NCBI GenBank assembly: GCA_963728205.1
Contig: CAVSIV010000006.1
Span: 1,152,001 to 1,216,000, forward strand
Source: an uncultured Chloroflexia bacterium
Lineage (GTDB): Bacteria > Chloroflexota > Dehalococcoidia > UBA2979
DNA: 64,000 nt
Direction of reading: 5' to 3'
Made by a program: the position numbers and the translations under genes
Shown here: positions 59,344 to 64,000 of the stretch, one piece after another
How positions within the stretch are numbered: the first letter of the stretch is position 1
How the letters are laid out: each line of letters begins with the position of its first letter
The notes under the pieces: model-generated
What the model saw: only the letters and a program-made list of their open reading frames with translations
Database searches by the model: none
Told to the model about the DNA's origin: nothing

Positions 59344-60801
59344 CTGATCCCGAGCCTGCGCGAGAAGTGTGGCGTATTCGGCGTCTTCGCCCCCGGTGAA
59401 GATGTCGCGCGCATCACCTTCTTTGGACTGCATGCACTGCAGCACCGCGGACAGGAGTCCGCGGGCATCGCCACATCCGACGGCGACCGTCTGCACCTCT
59501 ACGCCGACATGGGCCTCGTCACCCAGATCTTCCAGGAGCGCCGCCTCGCTGCGCTCGTGGGCGACGCCGCCATCGGCCACACCCGCTACTCCACCACCGG
59601 CTCGAGCATCCAGGGCAACGCCCAGCCGCTCCTCGTCCAGAGCGCGGACGGCCCGCTCGCGATCGCGCACAACGGCAACGTCGTGAACGCGGAGTTGCTG
59701 CGCGAGGACCTCGTCGAGCGCGGCGCCGAGTTCCAGACCAGCACCGACACCGAGGTGCTCGCCCAGATGCTCGTCCTCGGGCCCGGCGAGACCCTCGAAG
59801 ACCGCTTCGCCAACCTCATGCGCCGCGCGAACGGCGCGTACAGCCTGACGCTCCTCACGCTCGACGCGGTCTACGCGGTGCGCGACCCGATGGGCATCCG
59901 GCCGCTGTGCATCGGCCGCATCAACGGCCACGGCTGGGTGTTCGCGTCGGAGACCTGCGCGCTCGACCACCTCGGTGCCGAGTTCATCCGCGAGGTGGCC
60001 CCCGGCGAAGTGGTGCGCGCCGACGCCGACGGACTGACGTCGTACTTCCCGCTGGGCGAGGAGCCGGAGCGCGAACGCCTCTGCCTCTTCGAGTTCATCT
60101 ACTTCGCGCGGCCGGACTCCTACCTGAACGGCGAGCGCATCTACCCCGCCCGCATGCGCATGGGGGCGCGCCTCTCGCAGGAGCACCCGGTCGAGGCCGA
60201 CATCGTGATCGGCGTGCCGGACTCCGCCACCGCCGCGGCCATCGGCTACGCGCAGGCGTCGGGCATCCCGTATGCCGAGGGCCTGGTGAAGAACCGCTAC
60301 GTCGGCCGCACGTTCATCCAGCCCGATCAGCGGCTGCGCGAGCAGGGCGTTGCGCTCAAGTTCAACCCGCTGCGCGAGGTGCTCGAGGGCAAGCGCGTGA
60401 TCGTGGTCGACGACTCGATCGTGCGCGGCACGACCACCCCGCGCATCGTCGCGATGCTGCGCAAGGCCGGCGTGACCGAGGTGCACATGCGCATCACGTC
60501 GCCGCCGATCACGCACCCGTGCTTCTACGGCGTCGACATGGCGACGCGCGCGGAGCTGATCGGCGCGCACCGCTCCGTCGAGGACATCCGCGCGCACATC
60601 GGCGCCGACTCGCTGGGCTACCTCTCGCTGGAGGGCACGATCGAAGCGACCGGCGTCGGACAGGGGCGGCAGTGCGCCGCGTGCTTCTCGGGGCAGTACC
60701 CGAGCGATGTGCCGCTCGAGCTCGACAAGCTCGTGCTCGAGGCCAGCCTCACGGGGGAGCGCCGCTCGGGCGCGCCGCGACGCATCCCCGTGCGGGTGTG
60801 A
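59344..60801 (+). CDS. purF: Amidophosphoribosyltransferase (start uncertain: GTG 59278 or non-canonical ~59338-59347)
   Basis: EKCGVFG, LQHRGQESAG, GHTRYST, AHNGN, VDDSIVRGTT, CFYGVD, CAACF. Confidence 0.95.
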   Translation: MIPSLREKCGVFGVFAPGEDVARITFFGLHALQHRGQESAGIATSDGDRLHLYADMGLVTQIFQERRLAALVGDAAIGHTRYSTTGSSIQGNAQPLLVQSADGPLAIAHNGNVVNAELLREDLVERGAEFQTSTDTEVLAQMLVLGPGETLEDRFANLMRRANGAYSLTLLTLDAVYAVRDPMGIRPLCIGRINGHGWVFASETCALDHLGAEFIREVAPGEVVRADADGLTSYFPLGEEPERERLCLFEFIYFARPDSYLNGERIYPARMRMGARLSQEHPVEADIVIGVPDSATAAAIGYAQASGIPYAEGLVKNRYVGRTFIQPDQRLREQGVALKFNPLREVLEGKRVIVVDDSIVRGTTTPRIVAMLRKAGVTEVHMRITSPPITHPCFYGVDMATRAELIGAHRSVEDIRAHIGADSLGYLSLEGTIEATGVGQGRQCAACFSGQYPSDVPLELDKLVLEASLTGERRSGAPRRIPVRV

Positions 60802-60883
60802 GCGCGGCCGGGAGCGCCGTAGCGCCGAAGCACCGACCTCGTTACGTTCCTCGCACTCGCACTCCCCGCGATTCGAGTCACCG

Positions 60884-61955
60884 ATGACCGAGCAGCGCAG
60901 CCGTCCCCTCCGCTACGCCGACGCCGGCGTGGACATCGCCGCAGCCGACGCCACCGTGCGCCGCTACGCGGACGTCGCGCGCCGCAGCTCGCGCCCGGAG
61001 GTGCTCGGTGGCGTCGGCGGCTTCGCGGGACTCTTCCGGCTCGGCGACCGCTTCCGCGACCCCGTGCTGGTCGCGGCGACCGACGGCGTCGGCACGAAGG
61101 TGCTGCTCGCCGCGGCTCTGGGCCGCTTCGAGACTGCGGGCCGCGACGTGGTGAACAACAACGTCAACGACATGCTCACCGTCGGCGCCGAGCCGCTGTT
61201 CTTCCTCGACTACATGGCGACGGCCGACCTGCCGCAGGCGCGCCGCGTCGAGATCGTGGAAGGCATCGGCGCCGCCTGCCGAGAACGGCATGGCGCTGCT
61301 CGGCGGCGAGACGGCCGACATGCCGGACATCTACCGCCCGGGCGACTTCGACCTCGCCGGCTTCGTCGTCGGCGTCGTCGAGCGCGAGGCGGTGATCGAC
61401 GGCTCACGGATGGCGGCCGGCGACGCGCTGCTCGCGCTGCCGTCGGGCGGTCTGCAGACGAACGGGTTCTCGCTGGTGCGGGAGGTCTGGGGGCTGGGTA
61501 AGGGCCTGGGGCTCGACCACGACGCGCGCGTGCTGAACGCGCACTACGAGGAGCTCGGGACGACGCTCGGCGACGCGCTCGTCGCGGAGCACCGCTCCTT
61601 CTGGCCGGCGCTGCGGCCGGTGATGGGGCGGCTGCACGGGCTCGCGCACATCACCGGGGGCGGCATTCCCGGCAACCTGTCGCGACCGTTCCCCGCGGAG
61701 CTCGCCGCGGAGATCGACCGCGCGTCGTGGACGCCGCCGGCGGTCTTCGATCTGATTCAGCGCACGGGCGGCGTCGAGGACGCCGAGATGTTCCGCACGT
61801 TCAACATGGGCGCGGGGATGATCGTCGCGGTCGCGACGGCCGACGCGGCCGACGTGCTGCGCGCGCTCCCCGACGGCGCGTGGCGCATCGGGACGGTCGT
61901 GGAGCGCGGCGACGGGCCCGCGGTCCGCGGGCTGCCGCTCGCCGCGGACGCCTGA
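60884..61955 (+). CDS. purM: Phosphoribosylformylglycinamidine cyclo-ligase with one frameshift at ~61280 (probable sequence error)
   Basis: YADAGVDI, TDGVGTK, EPLFFLDY, then in another frame GGETADMP, HITGGG, TFNMG. Confidence 0.9.
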
Positions 61956-61994
61956 CCCGCGCCCGCCGTTTCGCATCGAGAGAGGAGTCGCCCC

Positions 61995-63566
61995 ATGCGC
62001 GCGATGCTCGCCGCATACGACAAGACCGGCATCGTCGACTTCGCGCGTGGGCTGCACGCGCTGGGCTGGGAGCTGGTCGCGACCGGTGGGACGGCGCGCA
62101 GCGTGGCCGAGGCCGGCGTGCCCGTCACCGAGGTCGCGGCGTATACCGGCAGCCCGGAGATGCTCGGCGGCCGCGTGAAGACCCTCCACCCGAAGGTGCA
62201 CGGCGGCATCCTGTTCCGCCGCGGCCATGCCGAGGACGAGGCCGAGGTGGCGCAGTACCAGGTGCCGTCGATCGACCTCGTTGCGTCCAATCTCTACCCG
62301 TTCATCGACACCGTCGCGCGCGGCGCGACCCTGCCCGAGGCGCTCGAGCAGATCGACATCGGCGGCCCGACGATGATCCGCGCGGCCGCGAAGAACCACC
62401 CGTGGGTGCTGCCGATCGTCGACCCCGCCGACTACGCGACGATCCTCGACGCGCTGCGCGCGGCGCAGGGCGCGCCTGCCGGCGTCGACATGGAGGCGCG
62501 TCGCCGGCTCGCCGCGAAGGCGTTCCAGCACGTCGCGCACTACGACACCGCGATCGCCGAGTACCTGCGCGGCGACGGCGACCTGCTGCCCGATCAGCTC
62601 ACCGTCGGCATGACGCGCCTCACGGAGCTGCGGTACGGCGAGAACCCGCACCAGCGGGGCGCCTTCTACACGCTCGATTCCGTGCGCACGCCGGTGGAGG
62701 GCATCGGCGCGTTCGTGCAGCACCACGGCAAGGCGATGTCCTACGTGAACTTCCTCGACGCAGATGCTGCCTACAACCTGGTGTGCGACTTCGAGCCGCC
62801 GGCGATGGCGATCATCAAGCACACGAACCCGGCGTGCTTTGCCAGCGGCGACGAGCCGATCGCCGCGCTCTACGAACGGGCGCTCCGCGAGGGCGACTAC
62901 GTCTCCGCGTACGGCGGCATCGTCGCGTCGAACCGCGTGGTCGACATGGACTACGCGAAGGCGCTGCGCGAGGTCCTGAGCCCCGGCACGGGCGGCCGCA
63001 TGTTCTATGAGATCGTGATCGCGCCCGGGTACGAGCCGGACGCGCTCGAGCACCTGAAGAAGAAGTCGAAGGACCTGCGCATCCTCGAGGCGCCGATCGG
63101 TGCGCCGCACCGCGAGCGCATGGAGTTCCGCAGCCTGCGCGGCGGCGTGCTCGTCGAGACCGCCGACGTCTCGCAGGACGCGACGTTCGACGTGGTGAGC
63201 GAGCGCCAGCCGACCGCGGCGGAGCTGGCCGATCTGCAGCGGGCCTGGGTCGTGTGCAAGCACGTGAAGTCGAACGCGGTGGCGTTCGTGAAGGACGGCG
63301 TGCTGATCGGGATGGGCGCCGGGCAGCCGAATCGCGTCGGCAGCGCCCGGCTGTGCGCCGAGCAGGCGGGCGAGCGGGCCCGCGGGGCGGTGGCCGCGAC
63401 CGACGCGCTGATCCCATTCCCGGACACGGTCGAGGTGTGCGCCGCCGCCGGCTGCACGGTGGTCGCGCACACGGGCGGTTCGATCCGCGACGACGAGTCG
63501 GTCGCGGCGGCGAACCGGCTGCGGGTGACGCTGATCACGACGGGCGTGCGCCACTTCCGGCACTGA
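61995..63566 (+). CDS. purH: Bifunctional AICAR transformylase/IMP cyclohydrolase
   Basis: DKTG, GRVKTLHP, IDIGGP, RYGENPHQ, KH.NP, KSNA, RHFRH. Confidence 0.96.
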   Translation: MRAMLAAYDKTGIVDFARGLHALGWELVATGGTARSVAEAGVPVTEVAAYTGSPEMLGGRVKTLHPKVHGGILFRRGHAEDEAEVAQYQVPSIDLVASNLYPFIDTVARGATLPEALEQIDIGGPTMIRAAAKNHPWVLPIVDPADYATILDALRAAQGAPAGVDMEARRRLAAKAFQHVAHYDTAIAEYLRGDGDLLPDQLTVGMTRLTELRYGENPHQRGAFYTLDSVRTPVEGIGAFVQHHGKAMSYVNFLDADAAYNLVCDFEPPAMAIIKHTNPACFASGDEPIAALYERALREGDYVSAYGGIVASNRVVDMDYAKALREVLSPGTGGRMFYEIVIAPGYEPDALEHLKKKSKDLRILEAPIGAPHRERMEFRSLRGGVLVETADVSQDATFDVVSERQPTAAELADLQRAWVVCKHVKSNAVAFVKDGVLIGMGAGQPNRVGSARLCAEQAGERARGAVAATDALIPFPDTVEVCAAAGCTVVAHTGGSIRDDESVAAANRLRVTLITTGVRHFRH

Positions 63567-63698
63567 GCGCTGCCGAGCGAGCGGCGGTGCCGGCCCGTCG
63601 CGGCGCGCCGGGCGGCGGCCGTTCCGGCCCCGCTCGCTTCGCGGGTGCCGCGCTCGCTGCGGTGATGTCAGGGCCAAACCTCACTACCATCGTCGTCC

Positions 63699-64000
63699 AT
63701 GGCCACCGTCGACATCGTCATCCCCGTCTACAACGAAGAGCACGTGCTCGAGCGCAGCGTGCACACCGTGCTCGACTTCCTGGACCACCACCCCGAGCAC
63801 GAGTGGCGCATCGTCGTTGCGAACAACGCCTCGTCCGACGGCACGCTCGAGGTCGCACGGCGGCTTGAGGGGCAGTTCCCGGCGCACGTGGCCGCGCTGC
63901 ACGTGCCCGTGAAGGGGCGCGGCATCGCGCTGCGTACCGCGTGGCTCACCTCCGAGGCCGACGTCATGGGGTACATGGACGTCGACCTCTCGACCGACCT
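63699..64000 (+). CDS. Glycosyltransferase family 2 (Dol-P-glucose-synthase-like), runs off the window
   Basis: Manual translation MATVDIVIPVYNEE...NNASSDGT...KGRG...YMDVDLSTDL; absent from the ORF track. Confidence 0.88.
   Translation, partial: MATVDIVIPVYNEEHVLERSVHTVLDFLDHHPEHEWRIVVANNASSDGTLEVARRLEGQFPAHVAALHVPVKGRGIALRTAWLTSEADVMGYMDVDLSTD

Overview
High-GC (roughly 70% by eye) core-chromosome window, most likely from a Dehalococcoidia-class Chloroflexota bacterium. This is inferred from the dnaA-obgE-nadD...gyrB gene order and the protein styles. It contains the replication origin: dnaA, flanking DnaA boxes and a Bacillus-like unwinding module (two boxes + GCCCC + TAC-trio repeats at 29586-29620). 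Housekeeping genes include purA/F/M/H, dapA-asd-dapB, pnp-rpsO, coaX-coaBC, pepA, ychF, tatA, murT-gatD, lgt and folP-folK, plus a W/Mo aldehyde:ferredoxin oxidoreductase and a split XdhC. A small lower-GC toxin-antitoxin-like islet lies at 11142-12358. The most interesting element is an ~8.5 kb ubiquitin-like sulfur-relay cluster (47392-55945). It has a SAM-I riboswitch, a ThrC-like PLP enzyme, a stand-alone NIL domain and carrier 1 (free GG end), then a CymR-like Rrf2 regulator, CysK, a carrier-E1(MoeB) fusion, carrier 3 (GG-SR end), CysM, rhodanese, an unknown protein and a JAMM protease. This suggests parallel carrier-dependent homocysteine and cysteine routes sharing one activation/processing machinery. 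Three essential genes (nadD, gyrB, purM) each carry one frameshift, probably sequencing errors. No CRISPR array, rRNA, tRNA or intact transposase was seen. All annotations come from motif recognition by eye, not database searches.
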